A stretch of 64,000 nt of DNA, taken from NCBI RefSeq assembly GCF_019746015.1, contig NZ_JAIESM010000069.1, forward strand, positions 22,208-86,207. Reading direction: 5' to 3'. Positions 13,648 to 22,557 of the stretch are shown in pieces. Made by a program: the position numbers and the translations under genes. The notes below the pieces were generated by a model. It was not told where the DNA came from. It worked only from the letters and a program-made list of their open reading frames with translations, and did no database searches. The stretch is from Sphingomonas sp. (GTDB lineage: Bacteria; Pseudomonadota; Alphaproteobacteria; Sphingomonadales; Sphingomonadaceae). Numbering within the stretch: position 1 is the stretch's first letter; every line of letters begins with the position of its first letter.

Positions 13648-14754
13648 ATGGCCACAGCACCGCGCCCTACCTTTTTCTCGCGGCCGTTTTTTGAGGAAAA
13701 GAACCGCGCCTTCTGGCTGCTCCAGGCCGCGGGCTGGTCGGGCTATCTGGTGCTGCGCTCGGTTTCCAGCGTTTCCAACGGCCTCAACATCGCGGTGCTC
13801 ATCGCGGTCTCGATCGAATCGATCATCGGCTATTGCATCACGCTGCTGCTCTCGGCGCTGTACGGCTATTATCGCACGCTGCCGCGCATTCCCTTCGTCG
13901 CGCTCAGCGTCGTCACGCTGGCGCTGGCGACCGCGCTTTATGCGGTGCTGGATGCCTTTGCCTTCTCGCTGATCAAGCTCGATTCGCCCGGCCTCAACCT
14001 CACGCTGGTGCTGGGCACGATCTTCTTGAACTTCACCGTGCTGGCCGGCTGGTCGGCGCTTTACTTCGGGATCAATTTCTACCTGATCGTCGAGGAACAG
14101 ATCGACCAGCTGCAGCGGCTGGAAAGCCAGGCGTCGAGCGCGCAGCTGGCGATGCTGCGCTATCAGCTGAACCCGCATTTCCTGTTCAACACGCTCAATT
14201 CGATTTCCACCTTGGTGCTGCTGAAGCAGAGCGAGCGCGCCAATGCGATGCTCAGCCGGCTGTCGGCGTTCCTGCGCTATACGCTGGCCAATGAGCCGAC
14301 CGCGCATGTGACACTGGCGCAGGAGGTGGAGACGCTGAAGCTCTATCTCGAGATCGAGAAGATGCGCTTCGAGGAGCGGCTGCGCCCGCATTTCGAGGTG
14401 GACGCGCGCGCCGCTAATGCCCGGCTGCCCTCGCTGCTGCTCCAGCCGCTGGTGGAAAACGCCATCAAATATGCGGTCACCCCGCAGGAGGACGGCGCCG
14501 ACATCACCGTGACCGCGCAACTGGCCGGCGACCGGGTGCAGATCAGCGTGATCGACACCGGGCCTGGCCCCGGTGAAACAAAATCGCGCCCCAGTCTTTC
14601 AACCGGGGTGGGCCTTGCCAATATCAGGGACCGCCTTGCCCAGGCCTATGGTGCCGACCATCGGTTCGAGGCGGGGCAGCACCCCGGCGGCGGGTTTCGC
14701 GTCGACATTGAAATCCCGTTCCAGCTGACGGAACCGGCAAGGGAGGCGGCATGA
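13648..14754 (+). CDS. LytS-type membrane sensor histidine kinase
   Basis: N-terminal TM helices; LRYQLNPHFLFNTLNSI, LLQPLVENAIKYA, GVGLANIRDRL. Confidence 0.92.
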   Translation: MATAPRPTFFSRPFFEEKNRAFWLLQAAGWSGYLVLRSVSSVSNGLNIAVLIAVSIESIIGYCITLLLSALYGYYRTLPRIPFVALSVVTLALATALYAVLDAFAFSLIKLDSPGLNLTLVLGTIFLNFTVLAGWSALYFGINFYLIVEEQIDQLQRLESQASSAQLAMLRYQLNPHFLFNTLNSISTLVLLKQSERANAMLSRLSAFLRYTLANEPTAHVTLAQEVETLKLYLEIEKMRFEERLRPHFEVDARAANARLPSLLLQPLVENAIKYAVTPQEDGADITVTAQLAGDRVQISVIDTGPGPGETKSRPSLSTGVGLANIRDRLAQAYGADHRFEAGQHPGGGFRVDIEIPFQLTEPAREAA

Positions 14755-15563
14755 CCATCCGGACAATTCTCGTCGATGACGAGACGCTCGCCATTCAGGG
14801 CCTGCAACTGCGCCTGCGCGCGCATGAAGACATCGAGATCATCGAGACGTGCGTGAACGGGCGCGAGGCGATCCGCGCGATCAAGACGCACAAGCCAGAC
14901 CTCGTGTTCCTCGACATCCAGATGCCGGGTTTTGACGGTTTTTCGGTGGTGCAGGGCCTGATGGAGGTGGAGCCGCCGCTGATCGTGTTCGTCACCGCCT
15001 ATTCCGACCATGCCATCCGCGCGTTCGAGGCGCAGGCGATCGACTATCTGATGAAGCCGGTGGAGGAAGCGCGGCTGGCCGACACGCTCGACCGCGTGCG
15101 CCAGCGCCTGGCCGAGAAGCGCGGGGTGGAGGAGGCCGACCGGCTGAAGGAAGTGCTGGCCGAAGTCGCGCCGGAAGCGGCCGAGAGCCTGGCGGAAACC
15201 ATGGCCGACGCCGCCGACCAGCCCGCCGCCAACCGCTTTGAAAAGCTGATCAACATCAAGGATCAGGGCCAGATTTTCCGCGTCGATGTCGACACCATCG
15301 AACGGATCGACGCGGCCGGCGATTACATGTGCATCTATACCGGCGACAAGACGCTGATCCTGCGCGAGACGATGAAGGACCTGGAAAAGCGGCTGGACCC
15401 GCGCCGCTTCCAGCGCGTGCACCGCTCCACCATCGTCAATCTCGATCTGGTGAAGGAAGTGAAGCCGCACACCAATGGCGAATGCTTCCTGGTGCTGCAG
15501 TCCAACGCGCAGGTAAAGGTCAGCCGGAGTTACCGGGACGTGGTGGCGCGCTTCGTGCATTGA
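14751..15563 (+). CDS. LytTR-family response regulator
   Basis: Receiver ILVDDE, VFLDIQMP, DYLMKP; LytTR FQRVHRSTIVN; ATGA overlap with the kinase gene. Confidence 0.93.
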   Translation: MTIRTILVDDETLAIQGLQLRLRAHEDIEIIETCVNGREAIRAIKTHKPDLVFLDIQMPGFDGFSVVQGLMEVEPPLIVFVTAYSDHAIRAFEAQAIDYLMKPVEEARLADTLDRVRQRLAEKRGVEEADRLKEVLAEVAPEAAESLAETMADAADQPAANRFEKLINIKDQGQIFRVDVDTIERIDAAGDYMCIYTGDKTLILRETMKDLEKRLDPRRFQRVHRSTIVNLDLVKEVKPHTNGECFLVLQSNAQVKVSRSYRDVVARFVH

Positions 15564-15626
15564 CGCGCGGGGCTTGCACGCGCGGCGCTTTCGCCCGAAA
15601 CTGGCCCCATGGCTTCGGGGGGCGCG

Positions 15627-16373
15627 ATGACCAGCTTCGACACGTTCGCCCGGCTGCACGTGCCGGGCAAGCCGCTCATCCTCTATAACATCTGGGATGC
15701 GGGCAGCGCGCAGGCGGTGGCGCGCGCCGGGGCAAAGGCGCTGGCGACGGGCAGCTGGTCGGTCGCCGCCGCGCACGGGTTTTTCGATGCCGAAGGCCTG
15801 CCACTCGATCTCGCGCTGGCCAATGCCGCGCGGATCGTGGCGGCGACGACGCTCCCTGTGACCGTCGATTTCGAGGGCGGCTATGCGGCCGCGCCCGAAT
15901 TGCTCGCCGCGAATTTTGCCGCGCTGGCGGCGACCGGCGCGGTGGGGTGCAATTTCGAGGATCAGGTGGTGGGCGGCGAGGGGCTTTACCCGATCGAGGC
16001 GCAACAGGCGCGGATCGCCGCCGCGCGCAAGGCCGCTGGCCCCGCCTTTTTCATCAACGCGCGCACCGACCTGTTCCTGAAGGTGGCGGCGCCCGCGCAT
16101 GATGCCGGGCTGGTCAGCGCCGCGCTCGACCGCGCGCATGCCTATGCCGAGGCGGGGGCGAGCGGGCTGTTCGTGCCGGGGCTCGCCCGGCTCGACCTGA
16201 TCGAGAAGCTGTGCGTCAAGTCACCGCTGCCGGTGAACCATATGGCGGTGCCCGGCGGCCCCGCGCGGGCGGCGCTGGCGAGCGCCGGCATCGCGCGGAT
16301 CAGCCACGGGCCGTTCCCCTATCGCGCGGTGATGAAGCAGCTGGAAGAAGCGGCGCGCGCTTTATTCGGCTGA
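15627..16373 (+). CDS. Isocitrate lyase / PEP mutase superfamily protein
   Basis: NIWDAGSA, ALATGSWSVAA, PVTVDFEGGY, GCNFED, FINARTDLF, AGASGLFVPG. Confidence 0.88.
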   Translation: MTSFDTFARLHVPGKPLILYNIWDAGSAQAVARAGAKALATGSWSVAAAHGFFDAEGLPLDLALANAARIVAATTLPVTVDFEGGYAAAPELLAANFAALAATGAVGCNFEDQVVGGEGLYPIEAQQARIAAARKAAGPAFFINARTDLFLKVAAPAHDAGLVSAALDRAHAYAEAGASGLFVPGLARLDLIEKLCVKSPLPVNHMAVPGGPARAALASAGIARISHGPFPYRAVMKQLEEAARALFG

Positions 16374-16375
16374 GT

Positions 16376-16651
16376 CTATTGGGTGGCGTCGCCGTCGCCG
16401 GCGTCGCTCTCCGCGCCGCGTTCGAACCACGCCTCGACCGGGCCGGTCAGCTTGATCGTCAGCGGCCGGCCGTGGCGGTCGACCTTCTTGGGCAGCGCGA
16501 CGCGGATCCAGCCTTCCGACCGGCAATATTCCTCGACATCGTGCCGCTCGGCGCCCTTGAAGCGGATGCCGATGCCGCGCTCCAGCACGGACTGGTCGAA
16601 AAAGGGGCTGCGCGGGTCGGTCGAAAGCCGGTCGGGGGGCGTGTCGGTCAT
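16376..16651 (-). CDS. DUF3297-family small protein
   Basis: MTDTPPDRLSTDPRSPFF, GIGIRFKG, VEEYCRSEGWIRV, IKLTGPVEAWF. Confidence 0.8.
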   Translation of the reverse strand: MTDTPPDRLSTDPRSPFFDQSVLERGIGIRFKGAERHDVEEYCRSEGWIRVALPKKVDRHGRPLTIKLTGPVEAWFERGAESDAGDGDATQ

Positions 16652-16712
16652 GGCCAGCGCCTCTGCCGCAAAGCGCGCGGGCGTGCAAGCGGTGCGCGGC
16701 GCGCCTCTCAGA

Positions 16713-16861
16713 GTCTGATTCGAAACTCGCGAAAGAGCGAGTTTCGAGGCGGCACCGGCCCGCTCCCCCGCCCGGCCACCCATTCAGGATACTCTTGTGG
16801 GTGGCCGGGCGGGGGAGCGGGCTGGCGCCGGACGATCCGAAACGGCGTTTCGGATCAGACA
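16713..16861. repeat. Nested element: family A palindrome (16755-16825) between two inverted family D hairpins
   Basis: GTCTGATTCGAAACTCGCGAAAGAGCGAGTTTCGA on the left, ATCCGAAACGGCGTTTCGGATCAGAC on the right; A loop reads AGTATCCTGA on the minus strand. Confidence 0.85.
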
Positions 16862-16862
16862 C

Positions 16863-17246
16863 TCAGCGGCAGATGCGCACCGGCACGAAGCCACCCCAAT
16901 AGGGGTCCCATTGCTGGCGGACGACACACACCGGAAATGGGCGGTAGAAGCCCGGCCCGGCCCATGGCCCGGGGCCGTAAAAGCCAGGGCCTGGCCCATA
17001 GAAACCGGGGCCGGCCCAGGGGCGCGGGCCATAAAAGCCCGGCCCCGGCCCATAGAAACCGCGCGGGCGCGAGGCGATGGCCGCGCCGATGGCAACGCCG
17101 GCAACCCCGGCGGCCACCACCGCCCCCGGCCCGGGGCCGCGCCGCCAGCCGCCGCGCCAGCGCTGCGCCTCTGCCGGGGTGGCGGCGGCCAGCAGGGTTG
17201 CGCCCGTCACGGCCGCCAGCACGGCCTTCGTCACCAACTTGCCCAT
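16863..17246 (-). CDS. Small exported Gly/Pro-rich protein with GFYGP(G/R)P repeats
   Basis: GCAGGAG RBS 7 nt before MGKLV; AEA signal-peptidase site; four GFYGP units and a C-terminal Cys pair. Confidence 0.65.
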   Translation of the reverse strand: MGKLVTKAVLAAVTGATLLAAATPAEAQRWRGGWRRGPGPGAVVAAGVAGVAIGAAIASRPRGFYGPGPGFYGPRPWAGPGFYGPGPGFYGPGPWAGPGFYRPFPVCVVRQQWDPYWGGFVPVRICR

Positions 17247-17393
17247 CAGCATGCTCCTGCCAGAATCGCTCAATCTGCGCCCTGCCTAACGCGGGCTGGC
17301 TGAACGGCGCGCGAACGGCGCGTTCATCGCCGGTTTAGCGAGCGCGGCGCGCGCATCTTGACCCGGTGCCGGGGCGGCGGCACAGACGCGGGC

Positions 17394-17795
17394 ATGGCAT
17401 ATTGGCTGATCCGCTCCGAACCCAGCGCCTATAGCTGGCAGGAATTCGTCGCCGAAGGGCGCACCGAATGGACCGGCGTGAAGAACGCCACCGCCGCCAT
17501 CCACTTGCGCCAAATGAGCGTGGGCGACGAGGCGATCTTCTACCATTCGAACGAGGGCAAGGAAGCGGTCGGCATTGCCCGCGTCACCCGCGCCTTCCAG
17601 CCCGACCCGACCGACCCCAAATGGGTGTCGGTGGAATTTGCAGTGGTCGGCCCGCTGCCGCGCACCGTGCCGCTCGCCACGATGAAGGCCGATCCGCGTC
17701 TCGTCGAGCTGCGCATGATCCGCCAGTCGCGCCTGTCGGTCTCGCCGGTCAGCGATGCCGAATGGGCGGTCATAATGGAACTCGCCGGCGCCTGA
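17394..17795 (+). CDS. EVE-domain protein (PUA superfamily)
   Basis: MAYWLIRSEPSAYSW, EWTGVKN, MSVGDEAIFYHS, RQSRLSVSPV. Confidence 0.9.
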   Translation: MAYWLIRSEPSAYSWQEFVAEGRTEWTGVKNATAAIHLRQMSVGDEAIFYHSNEGKEAVGIARVTRAFQPDPTDPKWVSVEFAVVGPLPRTVPLATMKADPRLVELRMIRQSRLSVSPVSDAEWAVIMELAGA

Positions 17796-17875
17796 CGCGC
17801 CCTGGCGCGCGATCCTCTCCCGCTGCTTTGCGCGCGGCGCCGGTGCCGCGCTGCACCGGTCGCGCTGCAACAAAA

Positions 17876-17982
17876 ATGACATATAGTTGGCGCTCTCGTA
17901 ATATTGATACAGTATAATATAGATTAAATTCATGCTGCGTCGCATTGTTGAAACATAATCTTCATTGTAACAAAACTGTCCC
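17876..17982 (+). promoter_or_regulatory. AT-rich promoter region with Pho-box-like sites
   Basis: TTGTAAC-AAAA-CTGTCCC (17965-17982) fits the 7-4-7 CTGTCAT repeat; ATGACATATA at 17876 recurs at 20800. Confidence 0.5.
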
Positions 17983-18050
17983 CGCCGCTGCCTAGTTTGA
18001 AAGCGACAATAACGGCTAGCCCCTCCTGGGGTGTCTATAGGGGAATACAA

Positions 18051-20585
18051 ATGTATTATCGTAACGCCCTGCGGCTGCGGCTGCAGTTGGGCGCGGCTAT
18101 GCTTGCGCTTGTCGTGCCGGCTGCTGTCCAGGCGAAATCAAATACGGCGCCCGCCGCGCCGGCTGATGCGCAGGCGCAGCCCGCGCCTGCCGACCAGGCC
18201 GCGCCCGCAGACCAGGTCACCGCGCCGACGGCGGAAGAAATCAAGGACGTGGTCGTCACCGCCACCAAGCGCGCGACCAACCTGCAGAAGACGCCGATCG
18301 CCATTTCGGTGCTGTCCTCCAAAGACCTGCAGGACCGCCACGTCCAGAGCCTGTATGATCTGGCCGACGGCGCCGTCCCCTCGCTGCGCGTTGCCACGTT
18401 CGAAGCGCGCCAGAACGCACTCACCATCGGCATTCGCGGCATTGTGCCGCTCGACGCCAACCAGCCCGCGCGCGAACAGGGCGTCGGCATCTATATCGAC
18501 GGCGTGTATCTCGGCCGTCAGCATGGCCTGAACGCGGCGCTGTTCGATCTGGAGCGGATCGAGGTGCTCAAAGGGCCGCAGGGCACGCTGTTCGGCCGCA
18601 ACACCGAAGGCGGCGCGCTCAGCCTGGTCAGCCGTGCGCCCTCGGGCAAGTTCGAGCTGCGCGCCACCGCCGGCGTCAGCAATTACAATGGCTATAACAC
18701 CGACATCCATGTCGACTTCCCCGAAGTCGCCAATTTCTCGTTCAAGGTCGACGGGCTGATCCAGCATCAGGACGCCTCCACCGCCAACCCGCTGCCGGGC
18801 CAGACCGGCTGGAACTATTATGACCGCCGCGCGCTGCGCGTGGCGACGCGGTGGAAGCCGGTCGACAACTACACCGCCGATCTGGCGGTGGATATCGGCC
18901 GCGACGCCAGCACGCCCTTTTACAGCCAGCTGCTGAACTTCAACCCCAATAACTGCCGTGGCACGGTGAACGGGGTGAACACCCCGGCCGCCGCCCAGCC
19001 GCGATGCGTGCTGCCCGGCACCAACCCCACCTCGTTCAGCGGCACCATTGCCCAGTTGCCGCCGCTGGTCGTCATCAACGGCACTTCGCGCATGGACGTC
19101 GCCGATATCGGCGTGCCGCAACAGCCCAGCGTCGACCAGACTTTTGGCGTGAGCCTGACGCAGAAGTGGAAGTTCGCATCATGGGGCGAGCTGCGCTCGA
19201 TCACCGCTTATCGCGAGGTCCAGTCCTATCAGTGGGACAATAGCGGCGGCGCGCACCGCCCGCCGGTGTTCCGCCCCACGCTGGTGAACGGCGTGCTGAC
19301 CGGCAATGCCTTCAGCCGCTACAGCCTTGCCAATCTGTGGCAGCAGCAGTGGAGCCAGGAAATCGAACTGGTCGGCAGCATTCCGCGCCTCGATTATGTG
19401 GTGGGCCTCTATTATTTCTATGAGCGCGCCAATGATGACGCGGCGACGCCCAACACCAACACCTGGAACGCGACCGGCACCGCCTTCACCATCAACGATC
19501 CGACACCGACCATTCCGGGTCTGCGCTCGCTCGACCGGCAGAGCCGGGCAGAGGCGACCAGCTATGCCGCGTTCGGCCAGGCGACCTATACCCCGCCGAT
19601 CGCGAACGACACGCTGCACCTGACGGTGGGCGGCCGCTTCACGCGCGATGAAAAGAGCGGGCGGCTGACCATCGTCAACAACATCCCGCGCCCCTTTGCC
19701 TTTGCGCTCAACGCCAGCCGCTTCAATCCGCTGGTGACGCTGGCCTGGGATGCGGCGCCGGGCATCAACGTCTATGCCAAATATGCAACCGGCTATCGCT
19801 CGGGCGGCGCCAGCTCGCGCTCGGTGACCTATCGTTCCTTCGGTCCGGAAGACATCACCTCGTACGAAGTGGGCTTCAAGACGCAGTTCTGGGATCGCCG
19901 GATCACGCTCAACATCGCCGCCTATATCGCCGACCGCACTGGCACCCAGGCCGATTTCAGCGTGGTGCAGTTCGACCCGATCACCAACAGCAACCGCAAC
20001 ACCATCGAAACGGTGAATGCGCCGGGCACCACCCGCATCCGTGGCGTGGAAATCGACGGCTCGATCACGCCCATTGACGGGCTGACGCTGAGCGGCGGCT
20101 ATGCCTATACCTATACCCGCATTCCGCAGGTGGTGAACCCGGTGACGGGCGTGCTGCAGGACTTCTTCATCGTGTTCACCCCGCGCAACGCGGCGAATGC
20201 GGCGCTGGATTATGCCTATCGCCTCGACAAGATGACGCTGAAGCTGCACGTCGATGCCAATTATGCGCAATCGACGCAGACGTTCGACCAATATGCGACG
20301 CGCAACGATGCCTCGTTCCTGGTCAATGGCCGGCTGACGCTGGCCGATATCCGGCTGAACGACTCGGGCGCGCGCTTCAATCTGTCGGTCTGGGCGCGCA
20401 ACATGTTCGACGCGCAGTTCGTCTATCGCCGCGACCCCAGCAACAGCCTGGGCGCGCTGCCGGCGGCCGTGGTGGTGAACGGGCAGAACACCTTCCCGGT
20501 CAGCAGCGTGAACAATATTCTGGGCGATTACGGCAATTTCAACGCGCCGCGTACCTTTGGCGTGGAAATGGGCTTCAAACTTTAA
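18051..20585 (+). CDS. TonB-dependent receptor
   Basis: Signal peptide, DVVVTATKR box, RIEVLKGPQGTLFGRNTEGGA plug motif, C-terminal APRTFGVEMGFKL. Confidence 0.93.
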   Translation: MYYRNALRLRLQLGAAMLALVVPAAVQAKSNTAPAAPADAQAQPAPADQAAPADQVTAPTAEEIKDVVVTATKRATNLQKTPIAISVLSSKDLQDRHVQSLYDLADGAVPSLRVATFEARQNALTIGIRGIVPLDANQPAREQGVGIYIDGVYLGRQHGLNAALFDLERIEVLKGPQGTLFGRNTEGGALSLVSRAPSGKFELRATAGVSNYNGYNTDIHVDFPEVANFSFKVDGLIQHQDASTANPLPGQTGWNYYDRRALRVATRWKPVDNYTADLAVDIGRDASTPFYSQLLNFNPNNCRGTVNGVNTPAAAQPRCVLPGTNPTSFSGTIAQLPPLVVINGTSRMDVADIGVPQQPSVDQTFGVSLTQKWKFASWGELRSITAYREVQSYQWDNSGGAHRPPVFRPTLVNGVLTGNAFSRYSLANLWQQQWSQEIELVGSIPRLDYVVGLYYFYERANDDAATPNTNTWNATGTAFTINDPTPTIPGLRSLDRQSRAEATSYAAFGQATYTPPIANDTLHLTVGGRFTRDEKSGRLTIVNNIPRPFAFALNASRFNPLVTLAWDAAPGINVYAKYATGYRSGGASSRSVTYRSFGPEDITSYEVGFKTQFWDRRITLNIAAYIADRTGTQADFSVVQFDPITNSNRNTIETVNAPGTTRIRGVEIDGSITPIDGLTLSGGYAYTYTRIPQVVNPVTGVLQDFFIVFTPRNAANAALDYAYRLDKMTLKLHVDANYAQSTQTFDQYATRNDASFLVNGRLTLADIRLNDSGARFNLSVWARNMFDAQFVYRRDPSNSLGALPAAVVVNGQNTFPVSSVNNILGDYGNFNAPRTFGVEMGFKL

Positions 20586-20600
20586 CGCTGTGGGTCAGGG

Positions 20601-20628
20601 GGCGGTTCGGGCGGGTGTCCGAATCGCC
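20601..20628 (+). terminator. Hairpin after the TBDR
   Basis: GGCGGTTCGG / CCGAATCGCC stem; weak U tract. Confidence 0.4.
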
Positions 20629-20799
20629 TTCCGGCCCGCAAAATACTGATATTACGTAATTTTATGAAGAACGGGGGCCGCTGCGCCCGGATAATGACGA
20701 ACTGATCGACGACCAGCTGCTGCGCACGTGATGGCCGCTGCCATCGGTGCGGCGACGTTTAGGCTCCACTTGGCGACGCCGCCCGGCGTCCGCTGAGCC

Positions 20800-20861
20800 A
20801 TGACATATAACTGTCATTCTAACGCCATCCCAATGTAACTGAATAGTCGCTTCATTGTCAT
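20800..20861 (+). promoter_or_regulatory. Array of six Pho-box-like half-sites at 11-bp spacing
   Basis: ATGACAT 20800, CTGTCAT 20811, ACGCCAT 20822, ATGTAAC 20833, TAGTCGC 20844, TTGTCAT 20855. Confidence 0.65.
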
Positions 20862-20962
20862 TTGGTCACCCTAGACGGGCGGCGCAAACGGGGTGCGCCA
20901 GGCTCACGGGGGTTCGTGTGGCCAACCACCTCGGCGTGGTTGCTGCTCGAAAGGCCAGGTCA

Positions 20963-22492
20963 ATGCTGAAAAACAAGTCGATCTTTCTTGTCGTCGCATC
21001 CGGGCTGGCGCTGGCTGCCTGTGATGGTGCCACCAGCATCGCATCGCCCGGTGAGGGCACGCTGGTGCCCGCGCCCACGCCGACCCCCACGCCGACTCCG
21101 ACCCCCACGCCGACCCCGACACCGACCGGCCCTGCGGCCGACTGCCCGACCGGCACCACCAATGTCGGTGTCATCAACAATCTGCGCAACTGCCAGCTTT
21201 CGGGCGTGATTCGCGGCGGGCTGACGCTGCGCAACCTGCGCGGCGTGATCTATTCGCTGTCCGGCCGCGTCGACGTGGGCGCCGATCTGGGTGGCGATCC
21301 CGCCGCCCCGCTCGCCACCGGCGCGCAAGGCATTCTGACGATCGAGCCGGGCACGGTGATCTTCGGGTCGGCCGGCGCCGACGCGCTGGTCGTCAATCGC
21401 GGCTCGCAGTTGTTCGCCGAAGGCACCGCGACTCGCCCGATCATCTTCACCAGCCGCTCGAACATCGAAGGCGGCGTCAACGCCAACTCGATCGGCCAGT
21501 GGGGCGGCATCGTCATTCTCGGCCGCGCGCCCATCCACACCTGCATCGGCGCGGGCGTGACGCCGGGCACTGTAGGCTGCCAGTCGGCGGTCGAAGGGCT
21601 CACCGGCGCTTTCTATGGCGGCGCCTCGGTTTCGGACAATAGCGGCCGCATTCAGTATGTGCAGGTCCGCTATCCGGGCTTCGAAGTGTCGCCGGGCAAC
21701 GAGCTGAACGGCATCACCGTCGCCGGCGTCGGCGCGGGGACGACCTTCAACTATATCCAGATCCACAACAGCTCGGACGACGGCATCGAATGGTTCGGTG
21801 GCCGCGTGAACTCCAAATATCTGGTGATCACCGGCGCCGACGATGACAGCCTCGACACCGATCTGGGCTTCAAGGGCTTCTGGCAATATGCGCTGGTGGT
21901 GCAGCGCTCGGCCGGTGGCGACCGCGTGATCGAGGCCGAAACCGCCGGCTTCGAAACCCGCACGCCACGCTCGAACATCCGCCTGTCGAACTTCACCTTC
22001 ATCAGCAACCGCCCGTCGGACCCGATCCTGCTGCGCGGCGGCACCGACTATACGCTGTTCAACGGCATCGTGCAGAACAGCACCAACCCGTGCCTGGACA
22101 TTGACGGCAACCAGACCGTGGCGCCGGCCGATGCCGCGACCGACGAAGCCGGCCCGCCGGTGTTCCGCTCGGTGATCTTTGGCTGCCCGTCGGCCGCGCG
22201 CGACGAGGCGGACGTGCCGCTGGCGCAGATCACCCCGCTCATCACCGGCAACAACAACGTGCTGCCGCCGGTGGTGCTGACGCTGCTCAACATCTTCCTG
22301 CCCGGCACGTTCGAAACCGCCGCGGTTGGCACCAACCCGACGACGATTGCGGGTTCGGGCACCTTCTTTGATGCCGCGACCTATGTCGGCGCGTTCCGCA
22401 ACGCCACCGACACCTGGTACACCGGCTGGACCTGCGGCGTCGGCACCGGCGCCACCTCGTGCGAAACCGCGCCGGCAAACACCGGCAGCTGA
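20963..22492 (+). CDS. Surface lipoprotein with (PT)n linker and beta-helix-like body, ElpS-like
   Basis: Lipobox LAAC; PTPTPT linker at ~21070-21130; DDGIEWFGG and DDDSLDTDLG acidic repeats; directly upstream of a TBDR. Confidence 0.75.
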   Translation: MLKNKSIFLVVASGLALAACDGATSIASPGEGTLVPAPTPTPTPTPTPTPTPTPTGPAADCPTGTTNVGVINNLRNCQLSGVIRGGLTLRNLRGVIYSLSGRVDVGADLGGDPAAPLATGAQGILTIEPGTVIFGSAGADALVVNRGSQLFAEGTATRPIIFTSRSNIEGGVNANSIGQWGGIVILGRAPIHTCIGAGVTPGTVGCQSAVEGLTGAFYGGASVSDNSGRIQYVQVRYPGFEVSPGNELNGITVAGVGAGTTFNYIQIHNSSDDGIEWFGGRVNSKYLVITGADDDSLDTDLGFKGFWQYALVVQRSAGGDRVIEAETAGFETRTPRSNIRLSNFTFISNRPSDPILLRGGTDYTLFNGIVQNSTNPCLDIDGNQTVAPADAATDEAGPPVFRSVIFGCPSAARDEADVPLAQITPLITGNNNVLPPVVLTLLNIFLPGTFETAAVGTNPTTIAGSGTFFDAATYVGAFRNATDTWYTGWTCGVGTGATSCETAPANTGS

Positions 22493-22557
22493 TCCGTCGC
22501 GCCGGGGCAGCGCGCCTGCCCCGGCCAGACGATGCGCGAGACCAAGGGGGCTATGGC

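Noticed and set aside
17286-18050. 254-aa minus-strand ORF across the AT-rich region
   Set aside because: It crosses the EVE gene antisense and the TBDR promoter; no recognisable domain; better explained as regulatory DNA.
21070-21130. Hexamer tandem repeat as a phase-variable microsatellite
   Set aside because: In frame, synonymously varied (CCCACG/CCGACC/CCGACT/CCGACA); encodes an ordinary Pro-Thr linker.
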